From Paraphysomonas bandaiensis (Eukaryota; Protista; Chrysophyceae): DNA of 64,000 nucleotides. The position numbers were made by a program, and so were the translations under genes. The stretch covers positions 74,060 to 138,059 of the forward strand of contig CBFFRP010000184.1 of NCBI GenBank assembly GCA_965644295.1. Direction: 5' to 3'. The notes beneath the pieces are model-generated. The model had not been told where the DNA came from. It was given only the letters and a program-made list of their open reading frames with translations, and did no database searches. Each line of letters opens with the position of its first letter. Within the stretch, counting starts at the first letter, position 1. Below are positions 30,063-44,600 of the stretch, piece after piece.

Positions 30063-31190
30063 ATGACGCATAATGAGGTGCGGTATTCCACTCTTCGTGA
30101 GGGCCAGATTGCTCTGTTCACTGGAAGCATATATGGAGCTGTGCATACTATCACCGGCCACCCGCTGGATACTGTGAAGGTGGCGTATTAGATTATAAGA
30201 TGTGGCAGACAGCTAACTGTGTATCAATGTAGAGCAAAATGCAACTTCAGGTTCAAGTCAAAGTTAATGACACTCATCTAACACGATGCAGGCTAACTAC
30301 CTCAATATGCGGGTATTAGATGTCGTCAAAAGTATATATAGAGAGCATGGATGTATGGGTTTCTTTCATGGCTGCATTCCCCCTTTGTTAGGTAGTGCAC
30401 TGTACCGCGGAGTCATGATTAGTGGATATGAAACTAGTTTCAGCTATATTCATTTGAACTACGACTCTGATCATTTTTTGAACAGAGAGTTCATGGGCTT
30501 TCTTCGCCCGATTGTTCCGTTGTCAGTTATTTTTGCATCTATATCAAGAGGATTGATCGAAGGTTAGTGGTGCGCAGTGTAGAACTTTATTCTTCCTGTC
30601 TTTTCTGTGCCTGGTTAATTTTCTTTTCTGTGAAGCTCCGTTTGAGTACGCGAAGTTGATGGGACAGACTGAAAAAAAGTGGGTCATCAGCCACATATAT
30701 CGTGGACTACACTGGCAGTTGCTTCGCACAACAACCCTTCTGATGCCTGTGTATACTCTTTTCGACTTGACCCGGAGAAAGTCGAATATAATGCAAACTC
30801 TAGCTGGGAATATGTTCGTTACTTTCGGGGTGGTGGGAGTATCATATCTTATAACATGGCCTTTAGAAACTCTGAAGAATTTGGCACAAACAGGTATTCC
30901 GAGACCTGGGGCTAGTGTGAAGGAGAGAGTGAGATACATGGGAGGTATATCTGGACTTATGCGCGGTGTATCACCAGGTACTCAGCGAAATGCATATATA
31001 TATATCTGTAAATGTTTTGAAGCAGCTGAGTGCTTAGATATTGATGCAATAATACTTATGCGAGTGACACGAACACGTTATTGTAGGTGCTCTCAGTGGT
31101 GGCGGGAGGAATGCATTTGGAATGGTTGCGATGGTTTACACACAGCAATTTGTGACTTCCATGGGTTGGCGGGACAATAGTACAGGGTAG
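30063..31190 (+). CDS. Mitochondrial carrier family (SLC25) protein
   Basis: Three carrier signatures: GHPLDTVK|SKMQ (across an 18-nt microexon at 30233-30250), PFEYAK and WPLETLK. Stop TAG at 31188-31190. Confidence 0.88.
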
Positions 31191-31803
31191 TGTGTGACAG
31201 TGTGCGTGTGTTGTATAGTAGTACGGCCGTAGCTTTTAGCGTAGTAATTAAACGAGTATATCTCCTGTATCCTATAATCTATAATGTGAGATTATGAATT
31301 ATGCATAGAAGAGTAGAGCTTATGATCACTTTTGTTACTGGAAACTACATGTATGCTGATCATGCCAAACAACTGATTCACTGTGAAAGAATGTGCCTGA
31401 ATACTCAATGCTCTGTAAAATTTATTTCGCAGCATTGTAACATGCGTTTATATCTACGGCCGTTGTGTACATTCTCAAACTATACTAAGGTGACACGCTT
31501 TTTTCTGTACGTGGTTCAACAAAACACATTATATTCTTAATATCACTCTGCGCTGAGTGTTTCCGAAGTATCAACATTTATCACGCACACTTAAGATTGT
31601 GCCTAAACCTGACGGCAGCAGAGGAAAATGATAATCGAGAGAAGCCTAATAGTAAGGACTACACTCCAGTTGTAATGCAATAATGCACTTTCGCGGTGCA
31701 GAAAAGAACAACTACATATCGTGTTCTAATGGACAAGTATACAGCGGCTAATATACAATAACTTTCTCATAGCCAAAGGGATATACAGGGTAATATGTCA
31801 GGA

Positions 31804-32986
31804 TTATTCTATAGACCCAGTAGAATTGACAGCTAGCCTTTCTATGTGTTGGGTGGCCTCAGAATTACCTGTCGCCGCAGAGAGGTGATAGAAGTGTATT
31901 GCTTTCTCCACATTTACAGGAACACCACATCCCATTTCATACATCCTTGCTAAATTATATGCCGCTCCACTATGCCCCTGTTCAATCGCTAATTGATAGA
32001 ACATCATAGCTCGCGCATAGTCTACCCGCACACCACGGCCTGTCTCGTAAAACCTTCCCACATAATACAGGCAAGAAGGGTGTCCCTGCTCAGCGGACAT
32101 AGAATAGTAGCGTATTGCCTCTTCGTTGTCTTGAGATACCCCCCAACCTCGCTCATAACATACCCCCATGTTACACTGAGCAACAGGATCTCCTTGTTGG
32201 GCTGCCATGAGGAAGCAACGAGCAGCTTGGTCAAAATCACGATGTATTCCCTCCGCCCGCTCGAAACAGACACCAAGATTGCACTGTGCAACTGCGAGTC
32301 CTTTGGAAGCTGCATCATGGAAGTATGATACTGCAAGGGAATGGTCCTTATTAACTCCTGTTCCGTATATATGACACAGACCAAAGAAGCACTGAATGTG
32401 GGGATTGGTAGATCGTGCTGGGTCTTCATGTACCCACCGTTGGACATCGCGAGACAGACTCTCAGCGCGCTGACTATCAGGCGGTATAAGACTCGTAGTG
32501 GTGGTCATGAGTACAGCACAAGTATATGCCTTAGCGACGTAATTGTCGTCCTTACAAAGTTGGTTGAGTTGTTCCCACGCATCGAGCTTGCCGCACCTAG
32601 AACGCATGAACAGCTGTTCTAGCATACTGTCATCGATGACCTCACCAGGTGTGAGGTCGCCGCAAATGCTCTAAAATACATAATTACACAATTACTCTGA
32701 TACAAATAACAATTCCTACCGCTACATCGATATTTGATTTCTGCGGGAGGTAAAACTGGATAGCCTCACGAAGAGCGCTGTTGGGTATGAGCACGCGCTC
32801 TGATTCCGTCAGGATATTACCCGTCATTGGGTTAGTGTTTTGCTTGCGCAGCCATTTCTCTATCGCCGTCCTCTCATATGTGAATCCTGTTGTTCCTAGA
32901 ATGACCGGATCTCTCATCATCTCATATGTTATGCTGCAGCAGAAAGACGGAAGAATATTATCACACTCATCACAGAATTCTGTCAT
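31804..32986 (-). CDS. U-box + Sel1-repeat protein (putative E3 ligase), two exons
   Basis: U-box FCCSITYEMMRDPV...GFTYERTAIEKWL...PMT...LIPN.ALR, followed by about five Sel1 repeats (AQCNLGVC..G.G...D...A...F..AA.QG). Confidence 0.9.
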
Positions 32987-34614
32987 TACGACAATAATAA
33001 AATGTGACTGAATCTATCTATACTCCGGACACAATATATATGTCCAGTTAGCCGAGTAAGTTGACGCTCTTAAGTCCCAGCGGTTGAAATAGTCCGATCA
33101 AACTGATATACGCACATACAAAACTAATACGATGTCCAGCAGGTATGCATGTATATGTACAGAGTATATATACTCTACGCTGCTGTATATATGCACAACT
33201 GTATTTGAGTGCACAACTAGAAAAACACGGAACGGAGAATTACTCCTCCGTGGCATCATTCCTACCACACGAAACTATCTTATGGTAGGGCAGTACATAT
33301 ACACTGTATTATACAGTTACAGGTTCGGTCACCATGTCCACCTGCCCGTGAATGTTATCATCTCATACAATCCATTCATACAATCCATTCATGCAATCCA
33401 TTCATGGAATGCGATCATGTCGTTAATTACACTATCGGAGATATTGCTTCGGTAATTTTATATGATTGCCATGACTACAATACTCCATTTAGGGGCTCGA
33501 CATCACTCCTGTTATGTGTCTAAACTACAGAGTTAGTCCGGTATGGATTCTTTTCGACGTAGCGCTGATTAAACAGATATAGCATTTCAGTTGGTAAGAT
33601 TTTGTGACGCTATCACGCATTTCGCTTCAGATCGTATAGATGGATTTTGAAAATGCCTATTATATAATTACGTTGATCACACTACATTTACGACATCCAC
33701 TCAATAAAAATGCGCACATGTTGTATTTTGTGATGTTTAATGAAGTAGCTTTTAGGGTGCTCTCCATAAAGCCACAGCCCTTGTTATATACTATTGTGTA
33801 AATAATACCATTCAATATGAGTTTAAAGCTTAAAGGTTGGTATGTACCTATGTACAAATTACAAATGCACTACTCCTAGGTTCTAGGTAGAATGCACAAT
33901 ATTATCAAAGAAAGCTAATGTATACTTGCTACTTAAGATTTATCATGTTACGACATTAAGTTCTTCAATAATTCTCTGCCCTACGATGGCAAATACAGTC
34001 CAACATAAAGTTTCACCCTATTAACCAGCTCCAAGCCCAATGTCTCTATTGAGACCGTGGCTGAGTCACATCAGTGTGCCCAGGGCCTTTTACACTCCCT
34101 TACTGCTGCATTTTGTTGACCACCACGCTTCCGACAAATTACCTGTCACACCATGTTGTACACGCTCCAAGTCCCCCTGCCTGGCCTTGCAACCTTCACC
34201 CTACTCAACTACTTCAGTTAAACAACGTGCCTGCACCAATGCAGCGCTGACCGCATGCATATGCTATCACCTAAGGAGACACCTTCGTCTCCTACACGGT
34301 TCTCTACGGATACAACCACTTACAGCATGGCTCGTGCGAGCAGATCCACGCAAACGGCCCCCATGTACCTTCTCTGCAACCCCTGTCTCCTCTCGACACC
34401 TCTCCACTGCACAACAGGGCCGTCTCCTGACGACAACCCAGCCCAACCCAACATGGTTTGTCTGTGGTCCATCCACCCAGCAGGCTACCCCCTCACCCTG
34501 TTCACCTATCACCCCCACAGCCCATCCATCTCATTGGATAGACACTGTATTCCGCATACGGTATACTCGACTACTGTACTACTGTGTCCTACAGGATGTA
34601 TACCATTCCGTGTA

Positions 34615-34727
34615 TACCTCTACTGCTGTTGGACACATCACCATGTCCATGTACCTGTCTACCTGTACTGTTGGACACATCACCATGTCCATGTACCTGT
34701 ATACCGGTACTGTTGGACACATCACCA
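34615..34727. repeat. 42-bp tandem repeat, ~2.7 copies
   Basis: CTGTTGGACACATCACCA starts at 34626, 34668 and 34710. Confidence 0.9.
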
Positions 34728-35441
34728 GCTCTCTCTCTCTGTCCAACACACTCATAACACCACTGCAGTGTCATACACACACACAGTACACTCTACCTCC
34801 TCCTAGAAAACCCCCAGACAAACCATCTCCCCTCCCTTCGTCTCTGATACCTTGCCGTCATCTTCCTTACACACACTCTCTATGCCTCAGTCTGTACCCC
34901 CCTGCACCAACACAGACACTAACAAGAGCAGCTGAGGACGTCCGAGTGTCTCCTCCAGACCATCATCATCATCACGATCATCTCGTGCATAGGTCTATCA
35001 GAGTACTCGACCTCAGTGACTCTTGTTCTGTTGCGCAGTCTCACTCCCCTCAATCAGATGTTGCCTCTCTTGCACCATCACACTCCCTCTCGACTCCCTG
35101 TAGCTGGACACACCGGATGACCCTCACATCCCACCCCTGTACAGCTATACACCCTCTTGCATGTGTTCTCTACCGCTGGCTAAGACAGCAAAAGAGCCGA
35201 TTTCGACGCTTCTTCACAGTAGGCCATAACCTTTTGCAAGACCTTCATCCACATACCTCCGAGCCACTTGGAACAATGCCTAAAGGAAGGCCACCAGATC
35301 GCCAATCTCAGAAGGGCATATTACTGTTTCCCCTAACTGCCATAAGGCTAATAAGTCAGTCCCCGTGAGGTACATAAGGCTATCTATCATATAGCGAGTG
35401 GAGTCTCATCCCAAGAGGAGACCTCCAGATCACACGCGCCG

Positions 35442-35683
35442 GTGAGTCCCAGGACACACGATCATGGCGAGCCTCATAACACACACTAAGAACGGAAGTG
35501 GTTGCACCTTGGTGCTTGCGGCGACGCACAAGCAGCTTCTGTAGCGTTAAATAGTAGGATAAAAGAGTTTGTATTGATTAGTTACGGGTAGTAGTCTAAC
35601 TAGTATGACTAGCATTCTTCTAGCCACTAATTGGTGCAGGCTTTCAACGCCTATTGCTAAATAATCAGACATTCAATATATAT
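35442..35683 (+). mobile_element. Structured dispersed repeat, type B tail
   Basis: Homologous along its whole length to the reverse complement of 57363-57600. The core and terminal box are shared with the type A copies. Confidence 0.8.
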
Positions 35684-36011
35684 TAAGTTCTTCTCATACT
35701 CACGATTTTCTGTTAAGAATGTATGACTCAAGATGTATGAACTCATAATCTTAAAGCTTCACATTGCAGCATAGAAATAGAAAATATCTTTGACAACCAC
35801 CAATCGTCGATGTCGTATTGGCATTTATTCTGTATTTATTCATTGTACAGTATGTGATCATAACGGATAATTTCTAATAGAAATAACGCAACCATGAATT
35901 ATCACGCTTACAAGATACACTATTTTTTGTATTACGAAAGAGCAGGAAAAGAACACCTAAATACCTAAATTATGTTTTTTATCGTGTTCTATAATATCTT
36001 TCACATGTCAG

Positions 36012-38178
36012 TTACAGAATATGATAAGAATCGGAGGCTTCTTGAAGAGCTCTACTCCGAACTGCCACTGTACCAGTACGAATATACTCCCGATATTCCT
36101 CCTCCGACATATCTTCGAACGATATAAGTGAGTTCGTCTTGGAGTTACCCTTAACAGCACTGTGTATTGATTCGGTAGTCGCTGGTGGCAATTGACCTGA
36201 AGGCAAAATAGTCTGCTCGATCTCAGAAGGCATCTCCCATTGAGTTACCCTGATGACAACGATAAAAAATGAGGAGTAGTTCTCGCGAGAGAAGCACATT
36301 ACCCTGAGTCAGGATTATAATAGTACTTCAGACCAGATGACGGGTCATTAAATTGTATCCATTTTTCGGACGGAAGGCCTCCTCCTCGATGTATAGTAAA
36401 ACAAACATGCTCTCCTACATCTGAAGGGTCATGAGCACATCAACATAACAGGTATAAAACAATATATAAACCTTCTAAATTATCATCTTCTTCGTTGTAT
36501 TCATCATTACCGTATTCGGAAACCATTTCAGGTAAGTCCGGTTTGCGAATCCTGAAAGCAAATCGTTATTACAATACAATACCTATTCGACACATACATT
36601 TTCTCTTTACCCTTTACGAGCTCCTCGCTTGCTTCGTCACTATCGGGATATAGTTTTCGGGTCGCGCTTTCTACTTCTGGAGATGCACACGGCACATTCT
36701 CAGGGGACATTTTTGCCTCCTCATAATCACGTCTGATTTCTGGACTACCACCACCAAGAACGACCGTATCCTCAGATATTTGTACTCGTTTCCTAGTACT
36801 ATCACTGAGTTCTTTGATGCCTGGTGACGTATTGTGCCGCACAGAAGATTCACCTGAAATAATTGTCAGAGAGCACGATGACGTTGAGCTGGCAGAAGAT
36901 ACCAATATTCATCGCTAAAGATGTAGTATTCGACTGTCCTGAGCCGCGCACTGCCATAAGAAGTGGCGTGGTGCACAAATATTCAGCAATTTCCAAAATT
37001 TGGGAATGGTTCATGAAGTCCATCAACCGAAGTGTGCACTCCTTTGATGATTTGTGTACCCTGCGTCGAGGGGTGCGATCTATCGACGGGCGTCCATGTA
37101 GAAGGGCATAATCGTCAGTTTCTTCGTTCTCCTTGTCAAAGGCCCCGTGTGACTCATCAGAGTGATGAAGAGTAAAGACTCCACATTCCAAGAGATAAAC
37201 GATGTCATGTATATCAAGAGGTGGTCTTACAGCTCCCTTGGTGCCAGGAGACCGTGTTGAAGTTCCATGATCCTTTTCATGTTCGGCCACAGCGCAAATT
37301 AAATCATACAAACGCTTATCCCTTCTCCGGAGACCTCTTAGGGTTTCTGCCATCGGAAGTGTATCTGCTGCACTATTGGACCGAGCGCTTTTAGCCTCCG
37401 CTTTCTGAAGCAGCTCACGAAGGTACTCAACTTCCTGAGATGAATCCTGCAAGCGAGCCATATATGCCCCCTCGAGCTCTGATGTGGCGGCTTGAGCTGT
37501 ATCCAGCTCTTCGTTCAACTCAGCTATTTCACGAAGCAATTTTTTCACAATTTCATCGTTTTCTTCATTTTTTTTCTTGTCACTGACGTTCATTTGGGAG
37601 TGTTCTGGGCTCGGTTTCAACTCTGATATTAGCTGCTTATGCTCTTCAAGCTTTCTCATACACTGCTCAAGTTCAACACGTAAACGTTCATTTTGTGAAA
37701 CAGCTTCAAATAGTTGGCGCGATAGTTTTTCATTTAGCAAATGCTTGGATTCCTTGTGTGCTTTAAGCGTGTTTATAGTTTTTCTGAGTTGGTCGTTTTC
37801 CTTTTGTAGTTCGCTGTTGCCTGAGCTCTGACTGGCTTCCAACTCATGGATTCTAGCTTTAAGGTTTTGAATTTGCTGCATGGAATCCTTGTGGAATTTA
37901 GCCTTTGCATATTCTAAATTATGCAGTGCAGCATCTTTAGTTTCTAACTCAAGCTCAAGTTTAGTGATCATAATATCTTTCTCGCTCATATCTGACTTAA
38001 CAGGCATGCGAGCCACCCTCTCTATCTCTTCCTCTGTTGCGGATGATAACTTCCGTGTAATGGATGGCCTATCCTCATCAGCTTGCGTGTACTCCACATT
38101 TACCTCCTCTCCTTCACTCGTCTCGCACTCCTCATCGTCTTCAGAGATGCTTGCAAACCGTGACGTTAGTTTCGACAT
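36012..38178 (-). CDS. Coiled-coil protein with C-terminal WW domain, multi-exon
   Basis: Long coiled-coil first exon. The spliced C-terminus GLPSEKWIQFNDPSSGLKYYYNPDSG|VTQWEMP is a WW domain. Confidence 0.8.
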
Positions 38179-38803
38179 GTGATAATCTAATCGTGAGTGT
38201 GCGCTGTGCTACTCTAAAGGGACCGATGCATTGCAGTGTTACTGCCTGTGGGTAACGCCCATCAATCTTATTCTATTCTTCCTGTGAAATGTGTGTTGGT
38301 TGGTGTTGTACGGTTATATTGTGGTAGATATCATCTAGCTATATCAGAGGGCTCATGGTCCTCATACGATACACTGCACTGTACCATATATATGCACTGT
38401 ATGCACTGCGGTACTTCATAATTGTCGTCGCCAAATCCTTAGAAACTACTGCTGTACTACTGGAATACAATGACTCTTGCCTACGACGTATTTCTTATGT
38501 ATTCTGCTGTATATAGTCTTATCATCTGATATGGTATACTGTATACCGGTATACAGTATGTCTAGGTTTGGATGCAAAGTGGTCGGTCTGTGTACAGCAG
38601 CAGCGTATGGTATGGAGGTGTATAGGTGGTACTCTTAACTCTCAGGTCACTCTCACTGGTCTGCTAATGACCCGGCTGACTTGACCAGGTAACTAACCAT
38701 AACCACAGCGCAGTCAGCTGTATGCTGTCAGTCCCCTCTACACACATTCACAGATATGTACATATGCATACATGCGCAGTGTGTGTATATATAACTATAT
38801 GTG

Positions 38804-40413
38804 ATGACGAGTATATATATGAGCGCATATTTGAGTGTGTGTGTGGTGAGTGTGTGTGTGGCAGGGGGTGGTCCTGCGAGTGTCGACATCATCGCACAGG
38901 AGACTGGAGTAACCGTCACGTCAGCTTACTTAAATAGAGAAATCAGTGTACCTCAATGGGCCTCAAATGCTTTCTCGTATGCGGCATATGAGCTCAACAA
39001 TCACTCACAGGAGTGTAGTTTGGAGCTGTTGGGATTCGTTAAGAAGTCAACTCATTCCGGTGTGTTATTTCGTTTACGTTATTCACACGGCGTTGCGAGT
39101 GTGTATGCGGCGGATCCTCAATTCAGAGCGAAGTGTCTATATAGAAAAATATCGGAAAAATGGCGACGAACTCATAAGATAGTTATGCTGGCATACTACT
39201 GTCCCGTGAGTAACTCTGAGATATGTATGGATCTTTCTGAGAAACATCGCCATTCAATTTTATTTAACTTACGTACAGTTTGCGTTGATGATTCAGACGA
39301 TCGTGTTTATTGGGATAACCCTTTTAGGATGTTTATTAATCGCTTTCAATTGGTGGATCATTCTCCACGTATCGCTGTCTGCAGTGTTCGTCCTTATGGT
39401 ACATCCAATCACACCATGGAAACTGCGATGCAAGCACTAACCTGGGAGTGGTTGCAACATTATGTGTTATTGAACATGAGGGTATTCTTGTATGACCGTG
39501 TAGGAGTGTTTCGCTCTCTAGTAGAGGGGTTCGATCCTGCGAATGAAGATAAAATACACGGGATTATACATTACTACAACAGTACAATTTCTGCTGCCCT
39601 GCAGTATGGATTACCGGGATCAGCTGTCGCGAGCATTCCCTCAAGCGGCGTCAATATTCACGAGGCAGATGACGACAAGGTGATACAGATGTTATTATTG
39701 AGAATGTTTATTATATATAATTATTATTCAGCATAATTGTTAATATTTTGTAGGTATTTACTCTTACACACTGTCGTTTTGAAGCGCGTTCTCTCTTTCA
39801 AATTGAAAACGTATTGGTGGTTGACACCGACGAATTTATATACTGTCGTGGTAAGAGTAAGTCTAATATATCCTATTCGAGTCAAATCCAGGGCATCAAC
39901 ACATTATTGAGTGATATGAAGACGTCAGGTGCACAAGAGTTGCACCTGCTTCAGACACTGCCTTACCTTGCCTACGGTGTCGAAAATATACTAGATTGCG
40001 TGGTCAGTGCTGTGCGTAGTAACAAGGAGTTCAACTATCACATCTCGGGTCTAAGAGTATACAATAGCGCGTTACCGGATGCCACATCTCTGTTCAAATG
40101 TTTTGGTCCGATCAGTTCTTATGCTCACTACTTTAAATCAATTTCGTATGGATTCATATGTCCTGCTACTGGATTTCATCACTCCTGCGAGCAAAGAAGT
40201 GCACTGAATATAACATCAAATGTGCTGAATGGGGAGTATATTCAAGGGTGCCATTGCAATAGTCGAATTAACAGAGTGTGCGTTGCTGCCCACTTTACAA
40301 TCGTTCAACTTAGATACACGCGAACTCCTCATAAACTTGTGAATGTGCGGCGTTTTAAAGGTATGCAATCAGAGTTGTACAATTTGATCGCAGAAAGGAA
40401 ATCATTTCAATGA
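38804..40413 (+). CDS. Putative glycosyltransferase (GT92-like, GT-A fold), two exons
   Basis: Hydrophobic N-terminus; EWLQHY...RVFLYD and VLVVDTDEFIY (DxDE) motifs typical of GT92-like proteins. Confidence 0.55.
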
Positions 40414-40980
40414 AACACGGGACTAAGTTTGCGGGGCGTGTATTACACGACTTAGTAATTGAGAATTAGACATTGTACATACAGCAACTCCGTAATATAA
40501 ATATGTGCCGATATAAGTATGTAATGTAAACTAGACCATTCATAGATGCCATATATTAGTCAATAATAGATTAACTGTATGACCACCCAACGAATGTATA
40601 ACACACTTCTATGTTATCGACTATTGCAAACTTTAAGATGCTATGACTAAATATCCTGCAAGTAGTATAAGCATGCTATTTTGGAACTAGCAATAATTCA
40701 TAATTCTGAGCATCACCATGACTTGCGCTGGTAGCCCTATCTTTCTCTACTAGGGTAATAAAAAGCGCAATAGCAGCTTTATAACACTTGAGATATGACT
40801 GTATATACTACACTTGAAGTCTTAAATTCATATCTACTCCACTTATTTCCTCTTACATAATTCTAGAAACATCTTACCCAGCCACAAACATCCAGTTTTC
40901 CTTGATATTAATACCAATGTAAGAACACCTTAATATCCTATATACTATACACCCCAATAACTCTCTACAGAATATATACC

Positions 40981-41178
40981 CTACTATTATTTAACGCGAC
41001 GAAAGTATCTCATGCGTCACCACAAGCACCAAGGTACAACCACTTTCTCTCTATCACTCAAAGCAAATGCAATGAGCAAGCAGAATGTTGACATATCTGA
41101 CATCTGCTGACTTCAGGATTTTTGAGTCCTTAAGGTGAACAGCCCCGATGCTTGACTTCAGCAGGAAGCCCAATATCC
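40981..41178 (-). mobile_element. Structured dispersed repeat, 5'-truncated type A copy
   Basis: The reverse complement matches ~6055-6250 and ~58686-58880 (TATTGGGC..CTGCTGAAGTCAAGCATC...GTTCACCTTAAGGACTCAAA...CCTTGGTGCTTG). Confidence 0.85.
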
Positions 41179-41630
41179 CAAGGAGAGAGGAAAAGTGCAA
41201 GCCTTTTTCACCCCCCAAACTTCCCTGAGCCAGACTTTCTCTTTTACAATCCCCACTTTTGGTCTAACTAAAACTTTTAGCTACCTCTTCACATATTGCT
41301 ACCTACGTCGTTTTCATGTACTATACTGGTTCAACAGACCACCACCAATACCTAAATTGTCCAGCGAGTGGCTCTGGTTGCAATATATGCAGCACTTCTT
41401 TTAAGTCAAACGAAAGCAAGACAAAAACTGACAGCCACTTTTAAATAATGCTATATTAAATATTGCTACGACTTACGCAAATACCATATCGGATTCCGCA
41501 GATGCACAACAAAATACATCCGTGATGCACACCTCGTTCTTACTCTACAGAAAGTAGAATCGCAACCCCATGTTTTACAACGTCACATGAGCTTCTACAC
41601 AGACAATATAAGAAATATTTCGACATGACC

Positions 41631-44600
41631 TTATTTTTTTCTCGACTTGCTCTTAGAACCCTTCTTTTTCTGTACTTTGGGCCGATCTCTATCAAGTTCA
41701 TCGTCATAGAGAGGTTCATCATCAGTTTTTACTTTATCGTATTTCACCGCCTGGTCCAAACAAAATAAACGTGTTGCAACCATTCCTAAGGTTGGATGCC
41801 GAAGTGCGTAGAGTCGAGAGGGCATACAACACATTAACTTCGCTCCCGTGGTTTTGAACCACGAGGATCGGACACCATATTCGAGCATCAATTGACACTC
41901 CATTAGTTGCGTGGCGTCTGCTGCAGACGTGACAGCGTATTTCCATGCTGCTGCAAACGATGACGACTCATATCCTGTCGGCAGTATCACCCCACTGCCC
42001 ATCCCCGGAACTCCTCTTCCCCACCTTTCCTCTGACTCGTCAATAGAACCATAGGGAAGAGCCGCGTGCACCATAAGCATCGCTGACTTGAGAACTGCGA
42101 GATCAGAATTATTGCTACTATGCCCTGGAAGGGGCTGGTAGTTCAGAGGAACCCCCCCAACAGTGTGAGTATTATGTCGACCAGTTAGAGTATAGTATTT
42201 GAATGCCGTCAGAGATTTTAGTATCTCTGGTACAATATCAGGGCCGCATCCCCTTCCCTCAAGCCTCTCTCGTTCTTCAGTTTCCTGTTTTTGCTCTTGA
42301 ACCATGGCACGTGTGCCTTGATTATATGACAATAGCGAGCTTTCCTCAACCCAAGTGTCGTACTCCGTCCCCCAACCGATGAATCGAACTTTGTATTGCA
42401 TAGCTACGTTTCCGTCTTCGGAATCAGGAAAATGACGAGAACGAACGCCGGTTACCCGCCCCTCCCACCATTTATCCTTTCTTAGTATAAAAACACGAGA
42501 CCCCGCCGTATAGAGTGGCTCGGTTTCAACTGAACTGGTGACCGACTTGTCATTAGTCGGCTGAATATGTTGTCTCTTCGAATCCTCAAGCGAAGCACGA
42601 GGGCTGGAAGAACGCTTACGCTTCTCTCGTAGTACAGGCAAAACGTTCTCTGCAGGCAAGTCGGATTCATCCCACTCGCCTTCATCATCATCTTCGTCGT
42701 TCTCATCAGCAGTACAATCTCTAATATCTACTTCCTCATATACATCCTCCTCTTGCTGACAGCTGGTATTCGTTGTATCTTCAACTTGTACTGGTGCACT
42801 GGCATCAACACCCTCCATGTCGACTGCATAGTCACGAACAAGAGACAAGTATTCCTCAGAATGTAAGAGCAAATCATAAAGATTATCTGTCCGCTCGCCG
42901 CACTCGTACAAAGTTTGCTGTGCATTTTTCTCTATTTTGGCACTGAGGTCCGAAGCGTCACTATATAGTACTTTCAAAGCTCTTTTTACAGTCTTTTCTG
43001 TTCCATTATCTTCGTCCAAACTGAGAATAATATATGCAATATCAGCTGTTGAGTCAAATACTTTCCACTTCAGACACATACTGTCGGGCTGAATAGGGTC
43101 TGGCATGTTGTGTACACTACACTCATGATCTGGTATTTCAGACGTCAGTGCTTTGCCCAGAGAGGACAGAGTCAATTTATTCACAGCATGATGATCCAAA
43201 GAATCGACTTTGTTGGTCGACATCTCAGATTCGATATATGCTTTATTCTGCTCTTCTCTAGTACACACAAACAGACTTCTAGTTCCTGGAAACACATAAT
43301 ATACATTTCCATTTCGGTCATAGCCAAGAGATATAACTTTGCCACGAGCAATACCACATAACACGTCAGCCAATTTTCGATCCTCCGCGACGTCAACTTT
43401 GGTCGATGCTTGAGCTTCTGCTTGTCGCTTGAGCTGGAGTTTGACTCTTTCTTCTTCCTTTTTGCGTTCAACTTGTTTGTTGTATGCAACGAGTCGGGCT
43501 ACATGCATGCTCTCCGCGCAACACTCATGAACAACTAGAGAGCCCTTTACGATATCCACTTTGATATTCTTGGGAGGCTGATGTACAATTTTCGATAGCA
43601 CACCATCAATAGCAACATCATCAGATGACTCCAATCTCACAGCTTCCAAGAGCATCGCAGAATCTGATTTATTAACTGGAAGCCAAGACGTTATCACCTT
43701 TTTCTTTGGAACTTCAGTGGAATCCTCACTTTTCTCCTTTTCGGCCATTTGTTTCCAGTCTATCCACTCGTCCCAGTTCGGACCATAAACAAATCGGCTA
43801 CAAAGCATTTTTTCCGTGAACCCACACCAAGCGCACGTTGTTCCCGGTTCCAAGTCACTACATTTAGAGGTTGACATATCTCCATCCATCTCCATCGCAC
43901 TGGAGGTTTCACCCGTCTCACAAGAAGACTCGCTATTGATGGATATGATTTCCTTTGCGCCATCGTGAAAGCGGTCGCTAAAGGATGTCAGCCATTCTTT
44001 CATATCTAAATCATCAGCCGGCCGAGGGAGGGTCGCTTTGACCATAGTATGAAGGATACACCCTGGCGCGAGGTATGACACAGTGGCAGAAGGTAATCGT
44101 AGACTTGTGGGTTTATCACAATTTCTAACATCCTTCACCTCGTTATTCTCCCCCTTCTGTGTACCTCCAGGGCTGGACGAACTAACGACTTCTTCATTCT
44201 CGTCACTTTCACGAAACACATCTTCGCTTTGAGCCAATTCGCTCTCAATTTTCTCCACGAGTGTGAGTGCAAACATTGCATCTTCTTTCCCACGGCGATT
44301 CGAGCGATTTCTAGTTTCCCAGCTGTGCTTTAGTTCATCTATCGCTGTTCGCGGATTGTCAGTGACTGGGGGCACACAGGAGGGTGGTGGCATGTCCTGA
44401 TTTCCATCCAATGGCTTATTTTGCTTCTCATTATCCGAAGTTTCACTTTCGACTTTAGGATGAGATTGCTCATTCTCGAGATCAGAAATTTTGCCGTCAC
44501 TGATAGCCTTCAATTCATCCGCTGTGAATAAGTTGTCCTCAAAGTCACTATCATCTGAGTCATGGGATATATCAGTCTCATTCGTTACAGAATCTTCCAT

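Larger units (their letters stand above)
34040..35683 (+). mobile_element. Probable degenerate non-LTR retrotransposon 3' portion ending in the type-B structured tail
   Basis: A C-rich, low-information 442-aa ORF ends near ...PKGRPPD.... It is followed by the shared structured tail (35442-35683), which ends AATAATCAGACATTCAATATATA. No RT motif is visible, so the call is inference. Confidence 0.45.

Noticed and set aside
33363-33410. 13-bp tandem repeat TCATACAATCCAT x ~3.7
   Set aside because: Ordinary short minisatellite with no spacers or other copies.
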